Shown: positions 38,201 to 52,800 of the stretch, in pieces
Position numbering within the stretch: position 1 is the first letter of the stretch
How the letters are laid out: each line of letters opens with the position of its first letter
Assembly (NCBI GenBank): GCA_040954595.2
Contig: CM082577.2
Span: forward strand, 4,402,305-4,466,304
DNA from: Balanoglossus misakiensis
Taxonomy: Eukaryota; Animalia; Hemichordata
DNA length: 64,000 nucleotides
Direction of reading: 5' to 3'
Notes under the pieces: generated by a model
Told to the model about the DNA's origin: nothing
The model's database searches: none
What the model saw: only the letters and a program-made list of their open reading frames with translations
Program-made: the position numbers and the translations under genes

Positions 38201-41200
38201 TGAGTCGACCTTCAGTTTTTCACAGACATTTCAGCTATAAGAGACAGCACTGCCGAAAAAGCAATTCAATCCTGTGGTGCTCTTTTGAAGTAAACGCCAC
38301 TCACCTTCTTGACAAAGTAGAAATATGGCACTTCTAGACCCATGAAAGCACTGTGGTTTTCAGACACCGCGAAGCTGTCTTGTAGCATGACACCATGTTC
38401 CAGAGTACTGAACAGCGACACTATAACCACCTCGGGCTGACCGAAGAGAAATGAAATCATGGTCAAATTACCAAAGTAAAAAGACCCAACACCCCAAAAA
38501 GTTACAGCTAAAACGCAAAATTTATTGTGTTAACAGTATTATATAAAAAGATGATAACTTTTCCCCATAGAATAAAACTTCCATGTTTATTCGTAATCAT
38601 GCTGTCTTTCTATCTGTAACACTACACGTTGAAAAAACTCATTTGGCAAACTTACCGGTACGTAGACAGACGAGAGCAGTGACTTCTTCGGTGTTGTTTG
38701 TTCTACTGAAGGGAGCAGCTTGGCCTCACAAACCAACAATTTGGCTTCCTGCGGGTCCCAAAATTGCGACACTGGGTAGCGACCGGCGATGTCACGGGCT
38801 GCTTCCGATCGTCCCCTGGCAATCAGAGAAATAACACATACATGTAGGTGAACAGTTACATGAAATGCACACAGACGGTGACTCATCACCGATAAACAGA
38901 AGAATGTTGATCGACAGATGCATGCATGAACATTCAAGGAAGACATAGGTAGGCAGCCATTTGCAGACTGACACAGACATGCAGACACTGTAGCAGATGG
39001 ATAACAGACACACGGATATAAGGAGGTGGGGATAAGAGTGGACAAGAACAACACAAATCTGTAACGAACACTCCAGTGATGTGAAAATCAGTTATTTTCT
39101 TCTGACAAATGGATGAACAGCAGAGCATGGCATGACTGGCCAGTCTGTGACAAGTGGGGACAACAACGCAAACTGACGACGGTCTTCGCTAAACGTGTGG
39201 AACGTGAAATGGCTACACACCACGGCACATCACGCCACGTCACAAAGACCGAGGCAGGGTCTGGTGCTGGGTGATAGATCAACAGGTTTGGGGGGGGGGG
39301 GGGGGGAGGCCTACCGGTTGTAGCAATGTTCAGATATGATGACCTGAACACCAAGACTTCGCATCCTAGACACGCGACAGCAACATGACCAACATGCAAG
39401 ACAACAAAGGTTATACACACCGGATACATGTATACACAAGTGTGGGGTAAGGCATGAAACAGTAAAAGGCTACTTGTGGTACAACGCAAGATCAAAAGTA
39501 GCTCGGAAACAGATGGTAATAACACAGCTAGTAATTTCACAGTAAGAAGAGGAATGGCAGGTATTTATTTTCCTTACTGACAAGTCAAGACTTTTTAAGA
39601 GAATTTAAGTACATCATAGGTCACCAAGGGGTCAGGATGTAAGGGATTAAAGTGTGGGCTCTGCTTAAATACTTGTTTTACAGCCACGTGTCCGGCCATA
39701 TTGAATGTTGCATTATGGGCAGGGACGTGTTCCAGCAAGCTGATTGGACGGCAAAGTTCTACAAACCTTTCCACGTCTGTCTGGTCCTCTTCTTTCTCGT
39801 CTGACTGCGAGAAGTCCTCCTGCTCTCCGTGGCCGACAGAGAAGTCAAAGTTGGTCACGGTATCCATGTCCACATCCCAGACATACAGTCTGGCCTCGGC
39901 AACGCCATTAGGCTGTGTCATAAAAAAAAGAACATGTTAAGTCACCACACGCCCACTTGGCAACACATTTCAACGATGCTCTGTTTGGTCAGGTCAGTAC
40001 AGCTGAGGTGTACTGCATGTTTAAAGACGTAGCTGGTGCCTACCTTTGACGATAGCACACTGACTTTGGTGCCATTGCAATTGATTTTCGCGGACACAAT
40101 CAATCCAAACCTGGGCACCACTTCTGGTAGACACTTGGGGTTGGTATGAAGTTTAGCTTCTCTGTAAAAGACAAGCAAGGAAACAACATTGGCCTGTGTT
40201 TACATCATATGTACCGGTAAAACTCTAACAATATATATTGTTTTTGTTCCTGTGCAATCATAATTTGATACAAAAAAAAATCTTTGGTGTAACAACTCAG
40301 ACTGCGGCGGATTTTGGACTGCTTACCTGCGAGACAGATCAAAAACTTTGAGGTACCCTGTGCTGGTTCCTATCACCATAAAAGACCCATTGATGTCAAG
40401 TGACACAGGTTCTCCTTCCAGCTCTGAGAATGAGATCAGTTGCTTGACAGTACCCTGAGAGAGAAAGAGAGAGAGAGAGAGAAAACAACAACATACAGAA
40501 TCAGTGTTTACAGGTCTGTTGTACGTCAGGGTCAAAACCTATTTCAAGTGTACAGCAAAAACTGTCTTAACTAAACCCGGTCTGTGAACCCCGAAATGTG
40601 AGAGAGAAGTGTTTTATCAAGACTGTGGGACACAGGGCCAAGCTATATCCAACATCGGGGGAGTCATGACGCAATTGGACGTCAATACGCCCCCAGAACG
40701 TAACTGACTTGTAGCTGGCAAAACTGAACACGTTGACGCAAGAGTTAGTACTCACCTGAAATGTCCTGACTTGCACTTTACCAGGTTCTGTTGTATACAC
40801 ATTTTGATCATACAAGGCCACAATCATGGATTCCGTAGAGAAAGTACCTGAGTGAAAACATTAGTATAATCACCATGACTGCATGTGAAGTTCACGCTTG
40901 AAGCCACATACAAATTAGCCAAAGTGCCAGTTCTGAAATACCATTCTACATGTAGTTACTCTTAGTTGCTCTGCACACCACAATACATTGGAAGTAAGTT
41001 GCAGAAAATATTGAAGGTATCAGTAATGACTCAATTTCTTCAATAGGAAGGCATGTACACATTCAACTTACCTACTGATCTCACCGAGGGTCCTATTTCA
41101 TAGGCCACAACTTTCCTGCCATTCCATATGGCCACGTGTTCCTGCAGGGAATATACAAACAGAAATTATTAATACGTATTAGAACTCAGATTTTTCTCAA

Positions 41201-44200
41201 TTGAACATTGCTCAGAATCTTGTTGTGGTAATTTTCACAGAAAACTGTCTGAACTGACTACTGTTAAGGTTGAGAAAATATTTGCCATTGCTATGTAACA
41301 AATGCAGGGGAATACCCATGAACACTACACTAGTGTCATGTCTTAATTTTCATAAATTATCCATAAAAGGGCAAGTGTAACATTTAATCACGTTGTGCAG
41401 AAGACAGTACAGTGGAACCTGTCTATTGAGGACACCCCGGGACTAGAGAATCTGTCCTTAATAGACATGTAACAATCTATTTGAATTGTGACTTTTATCT
41501 GGAAAAATCTGTCCTTAATAGAGGGGTGTCCATAATGAAAGGTTTCACTGAACACTGAATATCTGTGACTGACCTTTGTGGCGAAGACACCTTTGATGTG
41601 TATGTCTGTCTTCAAATCGTGATGTATACCAGAACCGTACATGTCGACCGACAGCACGCTGGGTGCTGTTTGGACACACGCAACCTGTAGGAGCCAAAAA
41701 GTGCAAATATTACTGTAGTAATACTTGATTGGCACTCATACTACAAATGCTACAGAAAAATCATACAATACATTGGTTTTGTTGTTTTCCAGTGAATACC
41801 AGGAGTATAGGGAAATATGGATGAATGATTGACAGGGCTGTGATGTACATGCCTTTGTGTAGTCTACAGCCTTCAATCATTTCTATTGCCCAATCAATAA
41901 AATATAAATCATACAAATTTGTGGCACAAAAACACATGTATATATACACACACACTCTCTCACACACACATGCTGTTTGTTTGTCTGTCTCTCCACCCCT
42001 CTTTCTCCCTCTGCTAATCTGCCTTTGTCTTGAAACGCAAACAAATTTTAACATTCCTCATACATGCAGTAACAACTCTCTCACCTCGTCTTTGAAATGC
42101 GCGCTCATGACCTGCTCGGTGAAGATGATCACGCTAGCGATGTTGTTGATGGCCAGGTAGTTTTTGTTGGATCCCCACTTGACCTGCAAGATGTTGCCCT
42201 CGCTGAGTCCCGGCGCCTGCAACTTCCACTTGTTTTCGCCGTCCTGCTTCCTGCCTGCCAGCCCCGCGGCCGGGGCGTACTGCCACAGAGCTATCCGGCC
42301 GTTGTTGGTGCCTCCCGCCAATATTCCTGCACAGGGAAGAGTCAGTGGGATATTGCAAGTCTTAAACTGAAGCCCTGGTTGATGCGATGTAAGTGCACAA
42401 TTTTTTTTCTCATTCAATTTTTTTCAGTGCCTCTAAATTATCTATTTTAGCAAAATCAGCTGTGGTGCGGACACATCCTTCTTGTACTGACCTGTCAATC
42501 AAACAAACACTGAGCAAATTCTGTTTGAACGGCACCCTTGTAAGAAGTCAAAGGCTATTTCTATGCCACATGCGTATTAGAATCCGACAAATTCAAAATG
42601 TTGTCGACTGTCGACTTAGGATGAGGAGAACATTGAATTATGTTAAATATCTGCTTAAAGTGGCAAACGGTAATGTTCTATTGTTTTCACCAAGCAGGAA
42701 GACACGAAAAACATTTCAGACAGCTGTGCCCATTTCTGCTTACCCTTAGCAGCTGAATACGAAACACAGTTGATGGCCTCGCCGGTCTCAAACCCCTGAT
42801 GGCCATCCAGCGACAAAACATAGTTGTCATCTTTTTCTAAATCCCACATCCTACAGGAAAACAGTAGTGAGACGTTAGTATTATTTGCAGTCAATAACAA
42901 TTCAATATATCCGTGGTGGGATCAGAATAGTATGGTATGCCAATAATAAAGTAAACACACATATATCACCAGTTAAATGTACTTGCATTACTTGTATTTG
43001 CATTGCAGTGCTCATTTGAATACACCCCCCCCCCCCAAAAAAAAAAACACCAAAAAAATAAACAAAAACAAACAAACAAAAACATTCCATGAGATCTGTG
43101 CACAGGGGAGGGTAAGTCAAAATCTGGCCACACAATCTGAAGTTCATACTGTGTATAGTTTACCTGATTAAAGTTTCTCCCGTTGCGACAGCAAGAAGAC
43201 CCCTACCAGCCCATATCACGCTGAAGTCTCCAAGTTTACCACTGAGTTTGACCTGCAATTTTTGAAATCAGATGACCGAGTTTATACTCCAAATCCTGTG
43301 CAGTGTGTAGTTTGTGAAGTAAATGACAATGTGAACAAAAAATAAATGAACACGGAAAGCATACAATCTATGAAGTAGTCATGGTGTAAGCCTTTACTCT
43401 TTCACCCCAGTTCCCTTTTTAGAGGTCTAAACTTGTCATAGAAAACAATGGATTTGGACCAAACCATGATGGTGGGTTAATGGTCGAAGTTCGAACATAC
43501 CTTCATGAGTTCCTGGCAGTGGCCGTCCGATGACACACTGAACTGTGACAGCATCAGCGTCTCCGTGACGACAACTAAGATATCTTTGTATTCGTTGTAC
43601 AGCAGTGACTTCACTGCGCCGTCCGCGTTGAATGCCGCTTTGCAAGTGCCCTTCTCGTCAAGGTAGAACACGTTACCTAAAACATCAGAGTACAGACACA
43701 TCAGCTTTTTGTTAATGAAACAAACACAAAATTTAGCAAGTAGAATTTGATGCCAGTTGTCTATTTTGATGATTCACTGACACTTGTTGAAAACTGTACA
43801 GGTCAAAATCGATCAAATGTATGTGACAACCACTGAAGAAGAAAATATTTAAACTGTAGTGTCTAGCAGGATATCTGTTTAATGTGTCTGCATGTCTATC
43901 TGATCTGATAGACTTACTCACCTTCAGAGCCAGTCACAAAACATGTCTGTGCATCGCTGGCACTGATCTTGATACTAGCTTTGCTGTTTCCTTTCTTCCA
44001 ACTAAACATATCAAGTGCACTCTCGTCCCCACTCACTGCAGCCCTTGCCAAGGCTGCTGTATCACTGTCATGTAAAAAAATACACCATCAGTTTATTACA
44101 ACAGGAGAAAATGACACCAAGGAATGATAAAGTAAGCTTTTCTGTGGGTTTACTATTTTCTGTAAGTAACACCAGTGTTAACTGAACAGAGGATAAACAT

Positions 44201-45565
44201 ACTTCTAGTATCTGTTCTCAAAACTTCCCAGATCCATTACAAAACATTAATATTAAGGAGTCCTTTGTAAACCAGACTGGGTTTGTGAGCTGACTGAAGG
44301 GTTGGAATGTCAGTGAGCCTTGAAATATACGGGTGGGTGGGGGCATATGTGATGAAAAGGCAGTATAAACTTCATTTACTCACGCTGCAACGTCTGGGTT
44401 TAAACCCGGTCTGAAAACACACTGTGTTAACATCTGTGGCAGTTCATGTTTACAAAAGGGTCCTGGCTGAAGTCGACCTCGAGCATCGGCCTTCCACACA
44501 ATCAACAAACCATTCTGCAGAATAAACAGAGAAATAAACATGCTACAAAAATGAAATAACTTGGGATGCATGTGACACGTACATGCCCAGACATGGCTAG
44601 TCCTCGTCTCTCAGAACTGCATGGAGAATTACATTATACGTATCTATTTTACTACTTGAAGTAATGCATGAAGTTTTTGACAGCCACAAATCCACATTCA
44701 TTGAGTGTATAATTAATTACTTTGGTCTACTAGTATCTTGTAAACAATGCAACTTTATTCTGTTGATGAAACTTCCCACATGACACTGGTCATTGTTTGA
44801 TGGGTTTGCATTGTGACTATGAAAATGAGAAAACATTTAATGTACGCTGTGTCTGGAAACATCTTTAGTGTCTGTATTGTGCGAAGACCGACCTTGTCTC
44901 CCGACACGAGTCTTGTGCCGTTGGGGCTCCACTTGAGGAGGACGACTTCGCTCTTGTGCAAGTGCTCCGCCCAGTACAGCTCTCTCTCCTGTTCGTTCCA
45001 GATGAGGATCTCGCCGTTCTCCCAGCCGGCCGCCACCACGGGTCTGACTGGATGCCAGTCGAGTGACATGGATGGACACGCCCTCTGCATGGTGGCATGC
45101 TCCAAGAGTTCACCCTGCGGCAAAAAGACCCAGGTTTATGATATACTGTCCCCTCCCCAAGAAATGTCACTGTAATAACCAGACCTATGACAACCTTGTG
45201 GTTGGGAAGTTGCAGATCACACCCCATATGTATAACAAGCCTGACTTGACATACATATGTTCACGGCACTGGATACAGTCTAAAATGACACCTCTCCATA
45301 CATTCATGAATCATGATCACTTCTGTTTTGGGCATGAGGAGGACAGCTGTGAAATCACGCTATAATTTCACGAATCTGACTCGTCTGGTGATTCTGTTAA
45401 AGATCCCCGTCACTGACTTACCTCATCTCTGTAGATGTGAACGCAGCCCCCACCGCCGTCGCTTCTCGAGGCGACAGCCAGCAGCGGGTAGGTGGAGTGC
45501 CACTCGATGTCCACACTGGGACCAGGGACTGGCTTCTCCACTTTGTGGTCGAAGTAGACTGCCAT
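26222..45565 (-). CDS. IFT140: Intraflagellar transport protein 140 (IFT-A core; WD40 + TPR), about 31 constitutive coding exons
   Basis: Starts [10 protein letters not shown] (ATG 45565, preceded by an acceptor near 45596). Exons include [73 protein letters not shown]|[92 protein letters not shown], and an acidic tail ending TGA at 26222. Confidence 0.98.
28896..28989. mobile_element. About 95-bp TTAA-associated MITE (piggyBac-like ends), copy 1 of 3
   Basis: TTAAAACTTTCACC...GGTGAAAGGGTTAA. Homologous copies in opposite orientation at about 33950-34045 and 43392-43480. Confidence 0.6.
33842..34045. mobile_element. Fragment of the 47760-48001 MITE family followed by copy 2 of the 95-bp MITE
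   Basis: GTTGCCTTGRGCAAAATATGAGAGAAA is shared with about 47940-47970; it is followed by AACCCTTTCAACCCCAGTT...GGATTTGGACCAAACCATG. Confidence 0.55.
41410..41550. mobile_element. Tc1/mariner (pogo/Tigger-like) MITE in an IFT140 intron
   Basis: TA|CAGTGGAACCT...AGGTTTCACTG terminal inverted repeats; internal duplicated AATCTGTCCTTAATAGA. Confidence 0.7.
43392..43480. mobile_element. 95-bp MITE copy 3
   Basis: CTTTCACCCCAGTTCCC..AGAGGTC..ATAGAAAACAATGGATTTGGACCAAACCATG..GGGTTAA, matching copies 1 and 2. Confidence 0.6.
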
Positions 45566-46091
45566 GCTGATGGAGATTCGTTTCTTCGGTTTGTGCTGCA
45601 ACGGTCACACGAGAGAAGGAGAAACGATTTTAGTCACACAATCACCGTCAAATTTGCACTGTACGCTGCAGCTCTTAATAATGCGACCAAGAAATACTTG
45701 TGTGTGACATGTGACACTTGATTATACATGTTTCCAACAAACCATGCAACTACAACCCCCAAAAAACACAAGAACTGTCCTGCCTTATGGTTCACACGTT
45801 TCCAGGAAAATAGTAGAAGTAGCTATAATGGTGACCACATCATCAGTACAGTTAGCCTGAGACATTCAATGTCAACAAGAACTGATTCGGTAACCAGGCA
45901 CTGAGAACTGCTTATATTGTGTCACATTATATCATAAACTTCATTAGCTCATACCAGTACGGGCATTGCACACAGATTGTCAGTGACCTGACCTCATGCA
46001 CATCACACAAGTGTTCCAGGGTCTTTCAAAGTCTTGTTCACAGGGCAACAACGTGTCACAGTCGCCATCAGTTCAACCTTGACAAGAAACC

Positions 46092-46760
46092 GTTCCCTTG
46101 GCAACCCACTGCTGCTGCTTGCTGCTCTCACAACAAATTGCAGAAGCCACGTGATTTTTCAGCCGGGAGAGAGAAAAAGAGGCCTACTCCCACTCGAATA
46201 TGCACATCATTAGAGGCTAAAATTAACCATAGTTGCATCCATGTGGAAGTGCTTTTGTACAGTGCAACGTCGCTGGAGAGAGTTGGCCACACAAGAGAGA
46301 GCTTACGAAAAATGACTGTTACAAATGTACTGCACAGCCGATGTTTACGTTGACCTCTTTTTAACAAGAAGAAACCATGGCAACAGCGCTCTAATGACTA
46401 CGGCATGACAACATCCTGCGAAAATGAAAACAGTACATACTTGAGTCTCAGGGGCCTCAATGAAGACGTCACACTCATCATCACCGTGGTTAAAAAATAT
46501 AGCCATGATGAAACATACAAAATAAAACTCTGTAGTCCGGTCAAAGAAGCTTGCTTACAGCTGCGGGCGTGAAGATGCAGCACTCGGTGAGGTCAAACGA
46601 ACCATCAACTAGCTGGGGGAGGGGGGACGTTTTGAATGTGTCAGCCCACTCACTAACTATGATTGGGCTGTGGCAATGATTCGACTTTGGATTCATTGGT
46701 GGAAGGGCGGGCAGCCTGACTGCTAATTGGGCATCTCCGCTGACGAGGAGAAGCCAACAA
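46092..46760 (-). promoter_or_regulatory. Putative IFT140 promoter/enhancer with RFX X-boxes
   Basis: GTTCCCTTGGCAAC (46092-46105) and GAAACCATGGCAAC (46371-46384). Three ATTGG (CCAAT on minus) and a GGGCGGG box at 46660-46732. Possible first-exon donor GTAAGC near 46556. Confidence 0.5.
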
Positions 46761-47759
46761 CTGTCTTCAATCGCTCATTACCACAGCTGTTTTTTTCACC
46801 CCAAGGGTCTATTTTCAGTCATGTTTACATGTGATGTCGTTTACCCTACAAAAATAAATGGTGTGCCCGAGTTCCTCCCTGCCAGGCTAACACTGGTATG
46901 AACATCACATCGCATCACATCCCAGGCATCCATCATATCTCTGGAATGTGTGCGTGCAATGTTGAGAAATTTTTTTCTTTTCGTACAGCGAAATGTCTTT
47001 TATTAGATGCAATTGTCGTTAGTCGTGTAACTCAATCTGTATAACATTGAAAGTGGTGCCAAGTGAGGGCTGAATCGGGTCAGAGGTCATGGCATACTGG
47101 AATTGACGTCTGACGGGTTACACTCCTGGAATATTAGCATAAAGGCTTCCGTGCTGTATAGCGAACCAGACTGCGCAGTAAATTCACCCCCGACAGATGA
47201 TCATAGACAGATGCACACACAGCTACATGACTGTGTGTTCCTCCACACGCAGATGGCATCGACCACCCAAGGCAAGTTGCAGGATGTCTTACCCTGCCAT
47301 GCACAATGCAATTTGGAAGTAAATGTAAGTATCGGAGGAACCAATTTGTTGAGCAAATTGCATTTGGGCCCCCCTACAGGCAACTTGGGCTAACCCCATA
47401 ATTTCCTAAGTACATGTAATGTATCAACACTCAGATGGCAGAGAAAAATACTGATGTGCTTGCTAACAAGAACATGCATGGAATCTAACAAAAATGTCAG
47501 AGTTTATAACTTTTTCAACACGTCAAGCGGTGGATGTCTGTAGGTTTAATGCTACATTCCTCGCTTTCCCAGGGTCGGGAACAACCATTGTAGTGCCATG
47601 AACTTTCATCAGGCCTGGGCTAAGGACAGTAGATGTAAGTGTAACTTTTAGTTATTTTTATGGCACAGTACATCCAGTTTTGCTCCATATGATCAAATGT
47701 AGTTTCTTGTTCTGCTCACTAAAATGTGCTGAAATGCCAAATATATAAATCTGACTTAA

Positions 47760-48001
47760 GGTAGTACATGCCTCAGGGACAGATTTTTAGAAAAATTATA
47801 TTTCTCAAAACCTTTTAATTCTTTGCTTATAATAAAGTGTGTGGGGAGTCTTTTTATAATCTACAAAGAAAACTGTCATTCAAAATTTTGCACGGTGACC
47901 CCCAATTTTTAATCTCAATTTCAAGAGAGATAATCCTGAAGTTGCCTTGAGCAAAATATGAGAGAAAGTTTAACTCTTTGATTTTTGGAGCGCATTCTAC
48001 C
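47760..48001. mobile_element. MITE with TTAA target-site duplication (Kolobok/piggyBac-type), about 240 bp
   Basis: TTAA|GGTAGTACATGCCTC ... GAGCGCATTCTACC|TTAA. Related fragment at about 33842-33945. Confidence 0.7.
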
Positions 48002-49848
48002 TTAAACTGACCCCAATGATGCTTGATAATGTTGCACTTTGCTCTCTTTCTGGAGCTATCAATTTACATCAACATATTAGAAATACAGTTTACTATGGCA
48101 ACAGGGCTTTTTCATATCCCAGCAGCTTTTTTCAAAAAGAGAACTCGAGCATTTTATATACTTATATTTCTATTTTTTCTTTTCTTTCTATGTGACTGTC
48201 TGCCATTCTTATGGCCACCAAATAAACCCAAAGCGAAAAAAGTCTGTCATAGAAGCAGATTACTATTCATGATGCACTTATCACCATGACTTTTGGTCTC
48301 ATTACAAATAACTGTCAGTTGTCAGAAGACTTCTTGCCACCTACTTTGTATTCCTGTATTTATCACACTCTTTGTTTAGTTTTCACACCTTATCCCCCCC
48401 CCCCCTCCCCAGCCCTTTGTTTGTCTCTACACCTGCTCTTGGACATTTTTTCACTCCGAATTTTAATGAATTGCAACTGGTTTTTTCTGCTACATTTGTT
48501 CATTCCACCCTTGCATGTGATGGAGGAGACAACATGTCTCTGAAGCTACTTATGCTACAGTGACATTCAGTGGATCTCAGAGTGGTGCAAAACCCTGGCA
48601 TAGTCAGCGATTTCTCTCTGAACTCATTTTTCTTCATCACAGCCAAGCTGCCTTGAGTATCAGACTGAGGAAATAGGCCAGTGGATCCCCTACTGAGTGG
48701 ACACATCTCACCAAGACCACAGTCAAGGTAAATGGAACCATGTCCATTCATATTACAAGTTGATAACAACACATGTCAAAATGTGATCTGTTCCAGGGGG
48801 AAGCATGGTATAACTTGTACAGTCGGCTGTGACCAAAATACAACTGGTGTGCTCATCACTTTGGAGACAAGTTGTTTTCATGAAACATCCTATTCTATCA
48901 GTATTCAATCAATTACACACGTTTCATGACCATGTGCCTGTGAAAGGGGCCAAGAGCTCTCTCTCTCACTTCCTGGATACTGCATTCTTGTGAAGTTTGT
49001 TGAGTGGTGATACTGATATGCTACCGAAAGGCACAGTTTCTATTTGAATGGACGCCGGTGTACAACTATTCAATGTGTACTGTAGTGTATAAACCATACA
49101 CTGAAGACAGTAGACAGACTGAATATAATTGCTTCCCATTAGTCCTTCAACTTTTTCCAGCAAAACATGTTTACGAATAATTTCAAGTTTCAAGACAAAT
49201 CAGTCTATGGTTTGTTCTGCAACACTTCAAAACAGAGACTGAGTGACTAAATGATTGGTGACAAAATGAAAGGCGTGAAGCTAGAAAACAGAACTCACCT
49301 GTAGTATACGTACCGGTGCTCTTTTGTGAAATTGTAAAAAGTTAAATTAACCAACACTACAATTTTTGCAAAAAATAATCACTTCGATATGCTCAGCTGT
49401 CACGTTGACAGTAGGCTTATTTTGACGGCGACGGCACAGTGTAGACAAACTTCGGTTCTTGACAGCTAGTGAAAACGAGCTCCGGGAAAGTTTTACAGTC
49501 TGTGTTGCTTTATACGTAGCCTTAAAATCACCTATGATGTGGCAGCCCAATTCGTCTCAGACGATGTTGTTTTCAAGTATGCAAGTGTTGTGTATGGTTA
49601 CCGCTGTCCACCATTTTGAACCTGACGAAAAAATTTCAACTGTCCCGGATGTTGATTTCCCCAGATTTAACCAAATGTACGACGAAAATATTGTGTAAAA
49701 ATAACACTAGCCAATTTATACATTTATATTATTTATTTTATCACTTCTAAGTACGAAATATAAATAATCAGTCGATTACTTAACAATAATGTTTGGCGAA
49801 GATGTTTGCGGTAAAGAATGTTACTGAACGAGGTTACACTCGGGTAAA

Positions 49849-52800
49849 ATGGCGACCAACAGCGACCCCGACACACAACTCGTCGAAAACTATAAACCTT
49901 TCTTCAAAGAAGACTTACTGAAGTAGGTCATTTTGCTTGTGGCACTCATGTCACATCTTACAGAGTTTTTAAGGTATATGCAGTATTGATACTGTCGTTG
50001 CTGACCGACAAACAACATTTGGTTCGTCCGGCAACTCTGCGGTCACCGAACTTTTCATCAGCGCAAAACTTTGTAACCTTTGACCCCACACAGCTGACCT
50101 TCGAGGAGCGTGGATTACCGGTATGATAGTAGTACCACACACTGGAAATAGTATGGGTTCTGTTTCGTACAACAGCTAAGACAATATTGACTGACTGCAC
50201 GCACATCTCTCTTGTCTATGGTCATACTGCATCTCATCTCAGTGACAATGTCACATTGCATGTTTTGGGTTTTGGGGACGTGGCTGAAATATTTGGGAGA
50301 AAAGTCTTGCATTATGACACAAGCTGAGTTCAAAGGGTTAAGTTAAAATGCAAAAACTCTCTGATTAATGTGTAAATAAGAAATTAGTGAAGCTCTTCAT
50401 TCAAAGTGATGGACATTCCACAGAATGGACACTTTTACAGGATTTGTTTGTTTCCAGGGACAAAGTGGCACTCATAACAGGTGGGGCAACTGGTATTGGT
50501 TTCACAATTGCAGAAGTTTTCATGAGGTGAGGAAAAAAAGCACACACAAAATTGAACTTTGGCATTAATCAAGAAAACATTTCAAAGTAGAGCACCAGAT
50601 GTCGCTTAATGTCATGTATTCATATCTGACTTAACAGACATGGCTGTGACACCATCATCGCCAGTCGTAAAATTGAAAAACTGCAAAAGGTAGGCATATA
50701 AGTTATAACATAATAACTTGATCGTTTGTTCTTAGAAAATTTTGAGGAAAGTTTTACTGGAACATTAAGCTGCTTTGTTTCCATGAATACTAACGATAGA
50801 ATCAAGTTCCTTCAGTGTCACATTTTCACATGTCTGTTTGTAATATGTTTTAGGCTGCCAAGGTCTTGGAAGCTGGCACTGGGAGAAAATGTCTGACAGT
50901 TGTCATGGATGTGAGAAAGGTGAGTAGAAAAAGAATTATTTGATTGGCAAGTCTTTCTGATCCTTTTGTTCAGCTTTCTGAAATGAAACTGCTCATTCAG
51001 TGTAGTAAAAAAAAGATATTGGTTTTCAACCATTATAGTTGCATTGGGATTATTTGAAACTTTTTGTTTGGTAAGAGATTGCATGCCAATCTGTTTATAT
51101 CATTCGCCTCATGAGGGCGCCTTTCAAAAGGCAAACTACATTAGGCATAATGACTGCATCCCCAGGCAAGATTTTTTAATGACTTCTTGGATTCTTAGTC
51201 CTGGAAAACCATAAAACTCCTTTGACCAGTGAGAAAAATCCATTTAGTTTATCAGCAGTGTTAAATTAAAAAAAATATTCACAAAGAATTCACACGGGGA
51301 GTGTATGTGTTTTAATAATAGCTATCGTAATCCTACTGTTCTGATTCCTGTTTTACATCACATGCAGCCCCAAGAAATAGTCAAAGGTGTGGAACAAGCA
51401 ATGAGTGAGTTTGGTAAAATTGACATCCTGGTCAACAGTAAGTATCATAACTGGTAGTATAATTTTTGTCTCTCGAGAATGAAATTCGTATAAAATATTA
51501 GTAAACGTCTTAATCAGGAAGAGAAGTGCATCAGATTAAATTAAATGGTCACCAACTACTTTTACGTTTCATATGTGTCATCTTTGTTTACTTGGTACAG
51601 ATTTGAAAGGTTTATTTTCTTGCCTTCTTTCTGTGACATTTCCAGATGCGGCTGGGAACTTCCTGTGTCCTGCCAGTAGTCTGTCTTTCAACGCTTTCAA
51701 AACAGTCCTGGAGATTGATACAATGGGCACGTTCAATGTCACCAAAGCGGTCTATGATGCAGTCATGAAGGTAAATGCATAAGTTTCTATTATGTCTCCC
51801 GGAGGGCTATGTAACCCCCCAAAATCACTATTTCATGTTTCATCGCTTTGTTTTTAAAATCAGAGTGGGAAAAGAAATCTCTGATTAAAAATAGGATGCA
51901 CATTGGTACCATTGAGGATGTTGATTAAAGAATAGGAAATAAGACAGCATTATTTTATTTTCTTATTCAGGACAAAGGTGGTGTAATCATCAATATTAGT
52001 GCAACATTGCATTACAAAGGAACAATACTGCAGACACACGCAGCATCTGCCAAAGCAGCTATTGGTGAGATCTCTTTGAATGTACTGATCACTCCTTTTG
52101 ACCCCTTATTTTCATTTCTGTATCTCTTTGTTTTTTTTAACTGGACCTGTTTTTTTTTTTACCTGTTTACAGATGCAATGACAAAGGTGTTAGCTGTGGA
52201 GTGGGGACCTCAGGGAATACGCGTCAATTGCATTGCCCCTGGCCCAATAGACAACACTGAAGGTGTTCGAAGATTGGGTGAGTGGGACCACATTGGTTAT
52301 ACACATGTTTAGCTAGCAAGTGCATAGTGCTGGCGTCCTGTGGCAGCCTAAGCAATTCTTTTGTTTACATACCGATTGCTATTGTTCATCGAGGGAGCCT
52401 AGATATGTAGAGCGCCCCCAAGCAAAGTTTATCACTCCCAGAGTTCGTGGTCAATTTGCCTATACCACAAGTGGCACTAAAATTCATTACATGTTAAAAT
52501 CATTACATTTACTCCCCTTCACATTGTGACTGGTGCATGTGTGTAAGTTTTCTATAGAATTTTAACATCCGCACATCATTCAATCTTTATGTGTGTTCAT
52601 AATTCCCCTTCCCTCCATTATTTCTCATCTATGCTGTATCCCTTTCATTTCATCCCATCCTAGGCGGAGATGATGATTATACCAAGGAAAGGTCAAAGAA
52701 TCTTCCGCTGGGCCGTATGGGCACCAGGAAAGAGATAGGGGACAGTGCATTGTACCTGGCTAGCGATGCGTCGTCCTACGTCACTGGGACTGTTCTTTTA

